From assembly GCA_046350735.1 (NCBI GenBank), contig JAXLZU010000001.1, positions 684,462 to 748,461 on the forward strand: 64,000 nt of DNA. Reading direction: 5' to 3'. The stretch is from Candidatus Saccharimonadota bacterium (GTDB taxonomy: Bacteria > Patescibacteriota > Saccharimonadia > CAILAD01 > BJGX01). Under the pieces are notes generated by a model, which saw only the letters and a list, made by a program, of their open reading frames with translations, did not search any database and was not told the DNA's origin. The stretch's first letter is position 1. Every line of letters begins with the position of its first letter. The translations under genes were made by a program, and so were the position numbers. Positions 1 to 12,278 of this stretch are shown piece by piece.

Positions 1-3000
1 AACTGCTAATATACCCTCCTGCAAAAGATCCTGCGCCACTAGCTGTGCCGCTCCCCGTTGCAAAGGCGCCTGTATTTGTAGCACGGGCGTTATTAAAAGC
101 AGCAGAGTATGCACCAGTTGCTTGGGTACCGTTACCAAACGCAATTGCAAATTCATTACTCGCAGTAGAGTTAGATCCTCCCGCGAGCGAGCCGAGACCA
201 CTAGCCAAAATTGCCCCGTCGCGTGATGCACCAATAGCAAACGATCCCTCTCCGGTTGCACTGATTGTATAACTGCCCGATCGACCAAAAGCAAAAGATC
301 CGTTGTTGCTTGATGTTATTGCTACATTTGCGTATCCCCCAGCAAATGAATAGCCGCCACTAGAGGTAACTAGTGTCGAACCAAAAGCAGACGCCCCTGT
401 CCCACTTGCTGTTGCGTAGTTGGCAGCAAATGAGTAATCGCCAGATGTTTGGCCAGCGTTGACTGCCATAGAGGCCGTAGCATTGGCGCGAGAGCCCAAA
501 CCAAATGCTACAGAGCGGGTACCATTAACATTATTGGCGGCAACGTTATCACCAAAGGCAAATGAACCATCAGCCTGGGCAGTTACTGTACCATTTTGAG
601 CAAATCCACCCACAAACGAGCCTCGTCCACTAGCAACCAATGCCGTAACACCGCCAAAAGCACAATAGCCCATACTAAATGCTTCGTCATTACTTGCAGT
701 ACTACAACCCGCCGCAAACGAATACGCACCGGTTGCTGTACCACTATTAAATGCTGCCGATGCAATAGCATTGGTACCAGTAGTGGCACTATAACCAAAA
801 GCAATACTATAATGGGCATTCGTTCCGGTCGATGCATTATTACCACCAGCAAAAGAACCCACTCCAGCAGCAGTAATAGCACCATTGTCTGAAGATCCAA
901 ATGCTAGTGAGCCTCGGCCGCTAGCAGTAATAGGATTAACATTGTAACCCCCAGCGAACGACTCAAGTCCGCTGGCAGTACCACCACCCACTGCAAACGA
1001 ATAGTCACCACTTGCAAGAGAAGCGCCTGCTGCGGTTGAATAATTTCCACTAGCTGTGCTACCTTGCATAGCTACACCACCATTAGTACCGATGCTTATA
1101 CGGGGCGTATTGGCGGTTTTAATTGTAAGTGTGTAGTTGTCGTTGGTACCGAGTGATGCTGCCGTACCGTATGTATTACCACCATTTAAGAAACAAGTTG
1201 GGCAAGCCCCGATTACAATACTTGAAATCGCGTTATCAACATAGTTTCTGTCTACCAATGAAAATGGTTGATATGCGTAGTGTGCGGCATATTGCAATCC
1301 TGTACCGTCACCACTGGTGATAGTAGTTGTATTGTTGAGCGATATCGTTGTACTGCTGGCAGTGAGGTTGAGTGCACCGGTATTATTCTGAATTGTTTGA
1401 TTGCCTCCAGTGAGAGTAATGCCGTTATTAATAGTTGTTAGACCTGCCTGACCAACTTTAAATACTGGAGTACCAGCACTCGTTTGAGCCTGGAACAAAT
1501 CAGCCACCTGTGCAGCCTTACCTTTGAGTACACCAACCACCGCATTTACATCAGAGCTCTGAATGTTGTAGTTAGCATTTACCTGGGTAATGGTACCATT
1601 ATTAATACCGCCGCTACTAGTGCTCGTACAACCACTACTATCACACACCAACACACCATTTATACGCAGGCCAGTACTAGAATTAATATCACCAGTGACA
1701 TCGAGCGGCCAACTAGCCGAGGCAGACCCAATGGCAACCTTATTGGTAGTACTGTCTATATTAAATAGAGTGGTGCCGCCTGAGTTAATAATTTGCAACT
1801 CGTGTACCGAATCTACACTATTTTGTTGAGAAATAGTGCCGGTAAAGCTATTATTACCTGTAAATGCCTGATTGGCATTTAGTTTGGCCAAGTTGGTACC
1901 ATCGCTGAGATTAGAACTACTTATCTGCAGCCCGTTTACATAATACTTATCAGTAGTATTAAACCCACCGCCAGTATAAACTTCTGCAATCGTACTACCT
2001 CCCGAGCTTTGGAATTGCAGCAGATCAGAGCTTTGTCCACCCAACTGCTTAATAACTCCGGTTGGTAAAATCGTACTCGAAGACTGAATAAAGAAATTGG
2101 CCGCACTTTGCTGGCTCGTGGTGTTTTGAATATAGAACCCGCCACCACCACTAGCGTTACAGCCAGTACTATCACACACAATATTACCACCCACACGCAA
2201 ATGGGTTCCGGCATTAATATCTCCTGTAGCGTCAATAGCATAACCACCTGCTGCACCGTTTACTCTCAATTCAGTGGCGTTTGCAACTAAGGTTGTACCG
2301 CCAATTGTAACGGTTGTACCGTTATCGCTAATATTACTATTACCAATAGTATTGGCAGCAGTAAATTTGGGGATAGTATTAGCTGTACCGCCTGGGGTAC
2401 TCACATTACCACTGCCACCACCGCCACAGGCACCACCCGCGGTAGTACAGATAGTGTAGGTACCAGGTGTTGCCGCAGCATCAAACTGATACGTCACACT
2501 CCCTGTTGGCACACCGGTAAAACCAACTGTTGTTGTAAATCCACCGGTGGTAGATGTCCAACTAGTCGAGCCATTTCCGCGCAAGCTTAGGTTTTGCCCA
2601 GTAACGCCAATGGTCATAGCTCCGGTTGGAGTTAGGGTATTCACTGTAATTGGTTGCGTAAAGGCATTAGTACCAATAAATGTTTGGTTAGCATCAAGCA
2701 AAGCAACATTAGCAGTCAATCGAGCATCGGCCAGTGTACCACTCGTAACAAAGCTAGCGTTCAAACTTGTTAAATTTCCCCCATTGAGTGTTGGCAGATA
2801 CCCCAATGCATTTAACTGCACTAACTGATCTGCTCCGTTAAATGTGTTGCCTTGCAGGGTAACTGCACCTGGCAATCGAGCTGAATCTAAGGTGCCAGCG
2901 GTAATATTGTTTGCATCTAAATTAGTTAAGCCCGCACCATTACCAAAAAATTGAGTAGCGGTAACGGTACTAGTAAATACTGCTGAGCCTGTAGGGCTAA

Positions 3001-3832
3001 TGGTGAGCCGATTGGCTCCACTGGTGCGCAGCGAAACAGCATAATTGTCATTGGTACCCATTGATACAGGTGCACCAAAACTATCTCCGCCATTATTTAG
3101 ACATGTAATACAGCCCGATGCATTACCCCAAGTAAGATTGCCATTGCCATCATTGGTTAGAAACCCTTGTTGTTGCGACGCTGGAAAACTGTAGAGAAGA
3201 TTGCCAAAGAGCACTGCAGCGGGTAAGCTTACTTGCCCAGTAAAGGTATTATTACCGGTAAATGTTTGGTTCTTATTGAGCAGTGCTACATTTGCACTCA
3301 AGCGAGCATCATTGAGCGTACCAGAAGTAATATTATTGGCATTTAAATTAGTAAGGTCAGCACCGCTACCATTAAATGTGTTTGCTGTAACCGACCCAGC
3401 AACTTGTGTATTGCCATTTACAATAACAAGGCCATTAGCATTTGCTACTTTGTTTGTATTTAAGCCAGCCAAATCTGTCGAAGTAACGGCAAACTGACCA
3501 CTCGACTTACTACCACCCTTATTTGTAAAGAAGAGCCAGCCACCCAACAGTAACAAAAATACTAATACTGCAACACCGGTATAAAACAACATACGCACCC
3601 ATCGAGTACGTTGCCAGGCAGAATGCTGCTTAATGGCTTGCTGACTGTTAGTAGAGGTGTGAGAGGCAGTATTATTAGTAAAAACTTCCTCACTTAGTGG
3701 AGATTGCTGGATTAGTCGAGAAGAAAAAAGTTCGTTAGAAATATTCTGTGAAGTCGGCGAATTACCGGCCTTTTCTTGACCGGAATTTGCATTGGCTGCA
3801 AAGTTACTTTTTGGATTATTTTCGGGTTTCAC
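1..3832 (-). CDS. Large membrane-anchored fibre/adhesin (>1270 aa, runs off window start) with YadA-head-like ASGxxSFAxG repeats
   Basis: Absent from the ORF track because it is open at position 1. I translated it by hand at several points and found the same frame from GTG 3832 (MKPENNPKSN...WVRMLFYTGVAVLVFLLLLGGWLFF, one TM) to position 1 (TGSGTASGAGSFAGGYISS). It carries LNAxNITSGTLxxARL repeats, and the plus-strand ORFs here are antisense shadows. Confidence 0.88.
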   Translation of the reverse strand, partial: MKPENNPKSNFAANANSGQEKAGNSPTSQNISNELFSSRLIQQSPLSEEVFTNNTASHTSTNSQQAIKQHSAWQRTRWVRMLFYTGVAVLVFLLLLGGWLFFTNKGGSKSSGQFAVTSTDLAGLNTNKVANANGLVIVNGNTQVAGSVTANTFNGSGADLTNLNANNITSGTLNDARLSANVALLNKNQTFTGNNTFTGQVSLPAAVLFGNLLYSFPASQQQGFLTNDGNGNLTWGNASGCITCLNNGGDSFGAPVSMGTNDNYAVSLRTSGANRLTISPTGSAVFTSTVTATQFFGNGAGLTNLDANNITAGTLDSARLPGAVTLQGNTFNGADQLVQLNALGYLPTLNGGNLTSLNASFVTSGTLADARLTANVALLDANQTFIGTNAFTQPITVNTLTPTGAMTIGVTGQNLSLRGNGSTSWTSTTGGFTTTVGFTGVPTGSVTYQFDAAATPGTYTICTTAGGACGGGGSGNVSTPGGTANTIPKFTAANTIGNSNISDNGTTVTIGGTTLVANATELRVNGAAGGYAIDATGDINAGTHLRVGGNIVCDSTGCNASGGGGFYIQNTTSQQSAANFFIQSSSTILPTGVIKQLGGQSSDLLQFQSSGGSTIAEVYTGGGFNTTDKYYVNGLQISSSNLSDGTNLAKLNANQAFTGNNSFTGTISQQNSVDSVHELQIINSGGTTLFNIDSTTNKVAIGSASASWPLDVTGDINSSTGLRINGVLVCDSSGCTSTSSGGINNGTITQVNANYNIQSSDVNAVVGVLKGKAAQVADLFQAQTSAGTPVFKVGQAGLTTINNGITLTGGNQTIQNNTGALNLTASSTTISLNNTTTITSGDGTGLQYAAHYAYQPFSLVDRNYVDNAISSIVIGACPTCFLNGGNTYGTAASLGTNDNYTLTIKTANTPRISIGTNGGVAMQGSTASGNYSTAAGASLASGDYSFAVGGGTASGLESFAGGYNVNPITASGRGSLAFGSSDNGAITAAGVGSFAGGNNASTGTNAHYSIAFGYSATTGTNAIASAAFNSGTATGAYSFAAGCSTASNDEAFSMGYCAFGGVTALVASGRGSFVGGFAQNGTVTAQADGSFAFGDNVAANNVNGTRSVAFGLGSRANATASMAVNAGQTSGDYSFAANYATASGTGASAFGSTLVTSSGGYSFAGGYANVAITSSNNGSFAFGRSGSYTISATGEGSFAIGASRDGAILASGLGSLAGGSNSTASNEFAIAFGNGTQATGAYSAAFNNARATNTGAFATGSGTASGAGSFAGGYISS

Positions 3833-3955
3833 TGCCACCAATTTTACTTAATACAAAAACATCTCTAGGCACAAGGCACCTGTTATTATTCTAATGCTTT
3901 TAACTTGTTAGCACAAGAGTTTTGTAGATTAAATACTGTAATGTTTATTACAAAA

Positions 3956-6356
<2,401 letters not shown>

Positions 6357-6359
6357 TGG

Positions 6360-7775
6360 TTATGCCACTCCATCCTTTAACGTCTTGGCGATTAACTTGG
6401 TTACCACTTCGTCACTTTGAGGTTTATGAATAGGAAGCTTTTTCTGTACTAGTCGTTTTAATTTATCAATATCGAGCTGACCAGCGCCTTTATTTCCCAA
6501 CACAACTTCTATCATTGCTCTTTGTTGCGGCAAAGAGAAGAAATCATTTGGTTCTTGGCTAAGCGACTCTGTTAGTTGTCGTCCAATCTCTATCTCTTGC
6601 TGAGCAAAATCGCTCATCTGATCACTAAACCGTGTATACTCTTCGGCACTGCGAAAATTTGATAGTTCTTGCATAACCTTAGCCGAGAGCTGTTGCATGG
6701 TCGGATTTTGACTACGACCACCAATACGACTGACAGAGAGGTTAATATTAATTGCCGGCATTATACCACGACGTAATATTTCGGTATCAAACACAATTTG
6801 TCCGTCTGTCATAGAGATTAAGCTGGTTGCCTGATACCCGGTGAGATCGTTATTGGGCGTTGCACCTGCTACTAAAATAGTCTGGCTAAACCCAGTAGCT
6901 TTTAATTTGCCAGCTCGCTCTAAAAGAGCCGATTGCACGTGGAACATATCACCTGGGTAAGCCTCACGACCAGCATTATTACGAAGTAACAGTGACATTT
7001 CTCGGTAGAGTTTGGCAAAGTTAGAAAAATCATCATATAGCACTACTACATCTTTCTTTTGATGCCAGAAATACTCAGCTACCGCACAACCAGCGTATGG
7101 TGCTAATACACCAAGAGGCAATGATTCTCCGGCAACTGTTACCACGAGAGTGATGTGTTGCATTACCCCGGCTTTTTTAAAGACCTCTACTAGTCGATTA
7201 ACTTCAATGCGACGTTTGGCTATTAATACATATACTACCGATTTACCCGACTTAGCCTGTGCAATTGCTACTTGGGTCATAAACGAGGTTTTACCCGACT
7301 TACTATCTCCCATAATTGCAATGCGTTGACCTTTTACAATAGGGAGCAAGGTGTCTACATAACTCACACCAGTAACGAGCTGTTCGTTAAGATCGTCACG
7401 TTCTTGAAAATTAGGAGCACTGCGAAAATATGGTACTTGGCTACTGGTAGCAAGATAGCCTCGGCCATCAAGCGGTTTACCAAGTGGGTCGATAACTCTG
7501 CCAACAATACCTTTGCCTACTGGTAAGCTAATGCTTTCTGATTGCAACGCTACCAGCTCACCAGCTCGTACGGGCTGATTATTTAGCAGCAATATTTCTA
7601 GGCCATCTGTGTCTATTTGCCAAACCACCCCTCTTGCTCCACCAGCAAATACCACCTCTGCAAATACTGGTGCGCCAGCCAATGGTGTGGTGAGCACAAT
7701 ACATTCTCGTACTGCCACTACCTCGGCAGTAGCTTTAGTCTTGGTAACTCGTGTTTTTGGTTCTACCTTAGGCAT
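6360..7775 (-). CDS. atpA: F1 alpha-like subunit (divergent, copy 1)
   Basis: KGQRIAIMGDSKSGKT, LAPYAG, YDD, GREAYPGDMF, LLERAGK, ISMTDGQI and the SVSRIGG arginine-finger motif. Confidence 0.93.
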   Translation of the reverse strand: MPKVEPKTRVTKTKATAEVVAVRECIVLTTPLAGAPVFAEVVFAGGARGVVWQIDTDGLEILLLNNQPVRAGELVALQSESISLPVGKGIVGRVIDPLGKPLDGRGYLATSSQVPYFRSAPNFQERDDLNEQLVTGVSYVDTLLPIVKGQRIAIMGDSKSGKTSFMTQVAIAQAKSGKSVVYVLIAKRRIEVNRLVEVFKKAGVMQHITLVVTVAGESLPLGVLAPYAGCAVAEYFWHQKKDVVVLYDDFSNFAKLYREMSLLLRNNAGREAYPGDMFHVQSALLERAGKLKATGFSQTILVAGATPNNDLTGYQATSLISMTDGQIVFDTEILRRGIMPAININLSVSRIGGRSQNPTMQQLSAKVMQELSNFRSAEEYTRFSDQMSDFAQQEIEIGRQLTESLSQEPNDFFSLPQQRAMIEVVLGNKGAGQLDIDKLKRLVQKKLPIHKPQSDEVVTKLIAKTLKDGVA

Positions 7776-8211
7776 GTTGCAACCTTTCTACTAACTTTTC
7801 AGAATTTGCAAACAAGTTAGATCGCAATGACAAATCGTACACCTGCCCACTGGTGCGTAGCACACAGCCAGCCAGTAAATCGCTGTTTTGTGCAATATGT
7901 ATCATAGTGTGGGGATGAATATGTGAACGAAACCAACCAGTGAGTTCGTTTAACTCCTCGCCATTTGGCATACTGGCTACCACGAGTGAAATTTGCGGAC
8001 TCGATGATAATAATGCTTTTAGATAAGATACCAATTTGGCTTGCGTGGCAATTGTTAGACTACCAATCGCATTTGTCTGAGCAAATTCTTGCAAATGAGT
8101 GGGCCATTTTTGAGGCAAGACCAAAACAGCCGGCTTAAGTTTTTCTACCTCACTGAGTAATGCTTCTATTTGCTGAGAGCTAGAGAACGAATTGGGTAGT
8201 CTATACGCCAT
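7768..8211 (-). CDS. atpH: F1 delta/OSCP-like subunit (divergent)
   Basis: C-terminal NSDLLAGCVLRTSGQVYDLSLRSNL resembles the delta motif DPSLIGG..+..G..V.D.S+; the gene is immediately upstream of alpha. Confidence 0.65.
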   Translation of the reverse strand: MAYRLPNSFSSSQQIEALLSEVEKLKPAVLVLPQKWPTHLQEFAQTNAIGSLTIATQAKLVSYLKALLSSSPQISLVVASMPNGEELNELTGWFRSHIHPHTMIHIAQNSDLLAGCVLRTSGQVYDLSLRSNLFANSEKLVERLQHA

Positions 8212-8768
8212 TATTTTACGCTTGCCTCAATATCTTTTTTGAGTGCATCTTTGTGTGCCTCGAGAGAAGAAAATAAATAGTCTTTTTGCTGTTGATAATC
8301 TATATTACCCGCAATATCAGCCATATAACCAATCATTATCTCGGCGATTTGGGAATCGACTTTCTTTATGGCATCAGCCTTGGCTTGTGCTGTTAATGCG
8401 TTAAGCTCGTTATGCGCTAGCTTGGTAGCAGCATCATTTTCTTTGGCAGTTGCCTGCAAATCGGCAACTGTTTGCTTTAGCAAAGACTGTGTAGCTACAC
8501 TAAACTCAGACAGCTGTTTTTGAGTAACCTGCTCTAATGATGTTATAAATGCCTTACTAATTTTATCGGCATTATTTTGTAATGACTTTTCTAGGCTAGC
8601 CGACTGGTTAGCTACAATAACATCAAACTCCCGTTTGGCTTTCGCAGAAGTAAGCTCGACACTATCTTTTTGCGAAGGCTTTTCTTTTTTATCCACCAAG
8701 ATAAGCAGACCAAATATTAGAGCTACAATTGCCAGAAATACACCAATTACTAAAATTATAAGATCCAT
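8211..8768 (-). CDS. Subunit b-like peripheral stalk protein (N-terminal TM plus coiled coil)
   Basis: Single N-terminal TM followed by a long Ala/Lys/Gln helix; occupies the atpF position in the operon. Confidence 0.55.
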   Translation of the reverse strand: MDLIILVIGVFLAIVALIFGLLILVDKKEKPSQKDSVELTSAKAKREFDVIVANQSASLEKSLQNNADKISKAFITSLEQVTQKQLSEFSVATQSLLKQTVADLQATAKENDAATKLAHNELNALTAQAKADAIKKVDSQIAEIMIGYMADIAGNIDYQQQKDYLFSSLEAHKDALKKDIEASVK

Positions 8769-8769
8769 T

Positions 8770-9594
8770 TTACCCTCGAATTATTATTTTAATGATAACA
8801 AACGCCACTATAAAAATCACCGCAATCATTCCTACCACTTGTAACAAACTTAAGAAAATAGCGTTCTTTGCGGTTGGGTTACGGCCTATAGAGCGAATAC
8901 TGCTTGAGGCGCTAGAGTAGAGAATAACCAGCGAAACCACCACGGCAATTAAGATAATAATGGTTACCAAAATTGTTCTCTCGGTAGATACAGTTTTGCC
9001 ACTAGCACCATTCAGTATTTGCTGTAGTGGCAATAATACAGCCGGCACAGATGGTGAGCTAGACTGGTAATCACTAACGTTCACCACTACGGGTAGTAAA
9101 CGAATATTTGCAGTTGTAGTATTACCATCTTTAGCAGTTAGGACGCGAGTTTGAGTAGTCTGGTCTTTGCCTGCAGTAGCAAAACTTTGTGCTGCCGTAC
9201 CCAATACACGGGTTGACTGTGTAGCCTTCATTACAACCCCAGCAATTGGCGAAGCAGTAAGCTGATCGCCTACTTGTATCTCGCCATTAATATCGGTTGC
9301 AGCAACTTTGGCTTGTCCGTCTGTAATAATTGGGGGGCGTGCCGTGCCGCTAACATTTATCACCACATCGCTCGACCCTACTGCAACACCATACAGATAT
9401 TGCTCATTACCGGCCACAGCGAGACTAATTGTATTGTCTTTTAGTACCACCGCAGCACCAGCCACCACGTCTGGTTGTATTTGATACGACTGAGTAGATA
9501 GGCCTTCTGCCAAAACGGCAGCCGGAGTAAATAAGATTGCCAACGCAAAAAATACGGCAACGATGCGTGTATAACTATGGTTAATCCAACTCAT
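8770..9594 (-). CDS. Signal-peptide protein with extracellular beta domain and C-terminal subunit-c-like TM hairpin (SIGRNP loop)
   Basis: Signal peptide ending AVLA; extracellular motif NGEIQVGDQLTASPIAGVVMKA; two TM helices around SIRSIGRNP; occupies the atpE position. Confidence 0.7.
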   Translation of the reverse strand: MSWINHSYTRIVAVFFALAILFTPAAVLAEGLSTQSYQIQPDVVAGAAVVLKDNTISLAVAGNEQYLYGVAVGSSDVVINVSGTARPPIITDGQAKVAATDINGEIQVGDQLTASPIAGVVMKATQSTRVLGTAAQSFATAGKDQTTQTRVLTAKDGNTTTANIRLLPVVVNVSDYQSSSPSVPAVLLPLQQILNGASGKTVSTERTILVTIIILIAVVVSLVILYSSASSSIRSIGRNPTAKNAIFLSLLQVVGMIAVIFIVAFVIIKIIIRG

Positions 9595-9699
9595 GCTCAG
9601 AAAATCATCATTATTAATAATATAAAACTAATTTTACTTTATAGTTTTATTGTAACATATATTACTTATGCTTATTATTTGATACGCAAAAAAACAATC

Positions 9700-10701
9700 T
9701 TATGGTGTAACTGGAGAGGTATTTTTTAGCTGCTGAATATCTTTAGCTTGCTGCTGCACCATCTGAGTAAGCTTATCAATTTGATTCTGTTGGTCTTTGA
9801 GTTGCTGTGTATTCTCGTCTACCCGCTTCGTCAATGCCAGTAAGTCATCACTTAGGCTAGTAAGTTTAATACCTTGCTCAGAGAGTTGTTGGTTAGTTTT
9901 GTCTAAGTTACCGTTTTGTTCTTTTACTGCCTGGACAATATATGGCATTACACCCTCTTTATTTAGAGTTAGTGTTCCGTCTGGTAAAGTCGTTACCAAA
10001 TTTGGCAATACTTTGGCCACATCTTGAGCAATAAAACCAGCAACTTTATCACCTTCTGGGTTAACTTTCCAGTTGTAAGTAACTCCCTGAAGTTGATTAA
10101 TAACGTCTAGTCCATTAGAAATACTTAATATATTTGTTTTTAGTTTGGCATCTGAAACACAACTGAGCGAGCCTGCATTGGTGTCTACAGTACAAGTACC
10201 ACTCGTACCCGTAAAGCTAGCAGGTGTGTCGTCGCTCGTATCAGTAACATCAAGCTTGTTAGCGGGTGCGTTTGTACCAATACCAAATTTACCGCCAGAA
10301 ATATTCACCCAGCTATCATTACCCTTGTTATTTATTCGAGTATTTATGTTGCCAACACTATCAGAACCAATAAACGAATAGTCATATGGTCCGGCCCCAA
10401 CATCAGAAATAGTTGCACTATTACCAATAAATAATGAGTGATTTAACCCGCTAAGCGTGAGGTCTTGGCCTATTACCATACTGTAGTCTACATTAGTAAG
10501 GCTCGATGGTGTGACAGCTAGCGGATCGCTAGTGTCGACATTCAACAAATCTCGGTTGGAAGAATAGATGTTTGTCCATCGTGAATTTCCAACCAATCCT
10601 CCACTATCATGAATATCAAACCTAATATTATAGCCGGCATCACAACCAAATGGCCCCAAAGGAACATCATTATTACAGTAACCTCCATGCGTACCTACCA
10701 A
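9700..10701 (-). CDS. C-terminal part of fibre protein with peptidase S74-type intramolecular chaperone and coiled coil
   Basis: SDAKLKTNI...GVTYNWK...GFIAQDV..VLPNLV motif. It overlaps the upstream ORF in a different frame and is probably a frameshifted continuation of it. Confidence 0.75.
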   Translation of the reverse strand: MVGTHGGYCNNDVPLGPFGCDAGYNIRFDIHDSGGLVGNSRWTNIYSSNRDLLNVDTSDPLAVTPSSLTNVDYSMVIGQDLTLSGLNHSLFIGNSATISDVGAGPYDYSFIGSDSVGNINTRINNKGNDSWVNISGGKFGIGTNAPANKLDVTDTSDDTPASFTGTSGTCTVDTNAGSLSCVSDAKLKTNILSISNGLDVINQLQGVTYNWKVNPEGDKVAGFIAQDVAKVLPNLVTTLPDGTLTLNKEGVMPYIVQAVKEQNGNLDKTNQQLSEQGIKLTSLSDDLLALTKRVDENTQQLKDQQNQIDKLTQMVQQQAKDIQQLKNTSPVTP

Positions 10702-12206
10702 TTCATTGCATTATTCACATCAGCTAGATGGATTCCACCATACAATCCACCTGAAGAATTTACAACAGATTCAACAATATTACCTGCACCGCCGTATATC
10801 CCATTAATTGAAACCGATCCCTGAAATCCTCCAGTAAAATGCGAAAGATTTTGAATAGTAGCAATACCTGCTATCGGACCATTTGCCATGATATTCGACC
10901 AACTACTATCAGTAATGTTGGTACTAAAGCCATTAATATTCGACCAGTCTACGTTGTCTAATCCTAATACAAAACCTGTTGCATTTGTATTGGTGGTATC
11001 TGAAGCCGTTACAGATACACCTGTCATAGCTGAACGAGTAGTATTGGTAATGTTTATATCACTACCAATAAATGCACTGTCTGAAACTCCGCTAAGGTTT
11101 ATGTTCGAACCGTTAGCAGTAACTCTAGATAGGTTTAACAAAGTTCCATTATTAGCCTGAATTATTGAAGTATCAACATTTGTTGCACTTCCAGCATTGA
11201 TTCTTATGAGACTATTTAGTCCAAAATTAATAGTAGAATTACCTTGTAGACCAACAATAGCATTACTACTATTAGTAATACTACTTCCTCCGTCTGCTCC
11301 ACCCAGTATATTTGAACTATCAGTAACCGTAAGGTTACCACCAAAACTACCAAATTGACCCATTAGGTTACTAGAGCCATTTACTGTAGCTCCAACAAAC
11401 TGGCCTACCATTCCGTATCCACCGGTAATATTGCTTCCAAGACTATACAATAGATTGTAGCCTGTACCATTTAGCGTTGAGTTGTGTGCCCAACCAATAT
11501 TGTAGCTAGAGTCAATAATAGTTGCCGATTCGGTTTGTAAAATATTAGCACTAGAATTAGTAAATGTTGAAGCACCTGGGGCAAAACCCCCTGTTGGAAT
11601 TACGAAATTACTATCAGATGTACCGCTAAAGCTTGATTGCCCAAAACCACCCACCGTGGCCAGTTTGTTTGGGATAATGTTTCCAAGTGCATCGATTTTT
11701 AATGAATTAGTACTAGCCGTAACTACTTGCAGATCTTGATTATCTAAAGTACCGAGCTGTGCTGTAGCTCCGTAGCTGTTACCATTTTGGCAAAAATATG
11801 TGCCAGCAACTACACATGGATCGGTCGGGCCCGATGGACCAGTTGGACCAGTAGATCCAGCTATGCCCGGCGTACCCTTAGAACCATTAGCTCCAGATGG
11901 TCCCGGTTGACTATTAACATTGAGTGGTAATGTTATAGAGTTACCACCAGAAATACTGAGCTCATTACCATTTAACGAAAGTACAGACATATTCTTAGGC
12001 TGATTGCCGCTAATAGTAGTTTCGTTACACAGCACATTGTTCAAACCTAACAAACGAATATACCACACATCAGTACAGAGACCACGCAGTATAATGAGTA
12101 TAAGTAAAAATACTACAGCAAGACCAACTAGTAGCCAAAACAACCACCAATGAGAATTGCTATTGTGCTGCTCGCCCTGAACAGAATTTTGTCCTGGTTG
12201 ATCCAT
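10695..12206 (-). CDS. N-terminal part of membrane-anchored fibre protein with collagen-like repeat
   Basis: N-terminal TM (WWLFWLLVGLAVVFLLILIIL), a GxY run GPSGANGSKGTPGIAGSTGPTGPSGPT, and an N/G/S-rich beta-helix-like region. Confidence 0.8.
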   Translation of the reverse strand: MDQPGQNSVQGEQHNSNSHWWLFWLLVGLAVVFLLILIILRGLCTDVWYIRLLGLNNVLCNETTISGNQPKNMSVLSLNGNELSISGGNSITLPLNVNSQPGPSGANGSKGTPGIAGSTGPTGPSGPTDPCVVAGTYFCQNGNSYGATAQLGTLDNQDLQVVTASTNSLKIDALGNIIPNKLATVGGFGQSSFSGTSDSNFVIPTGGFAPGASTFTNSSANILQTESATIIDSSYNIGWAHNSTLNGTGYNLLYSLGSNITGGYGMVGQFVGATVNGSSNLMGQFGSFGGNLTVTDSSNILGGADGGSSITNSSNAIVGLQGNSTINFGLNSLIRINAGSATNVDTSIIQANNGTLLNLSRVTANGSNINLSGVSDSAFIGSDINITNTTRSAMTGVSVTASDTTNTNATGFVLGLDNVDWSNINGFSTNITDSSWSNIMANGPIAGIATIQNLSHFTGGFQGSVSINGIYGGAGNIVESVVNSSGGLYGGIHLADVNNAMNW

Positions 12207-12278
12207 ATATTACTCAAAAACTACTTATGCTTATATTGTAGCCCAGGAGAACCTACAAAGCTATAAGAATTTATTAGT

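Noticed and set aside
45-3497. Many short ORFs in the track over the first 3.5 kb
   Set aside because: They are antisense or off-frame shadows of the single long minus-strand fibre ORF.
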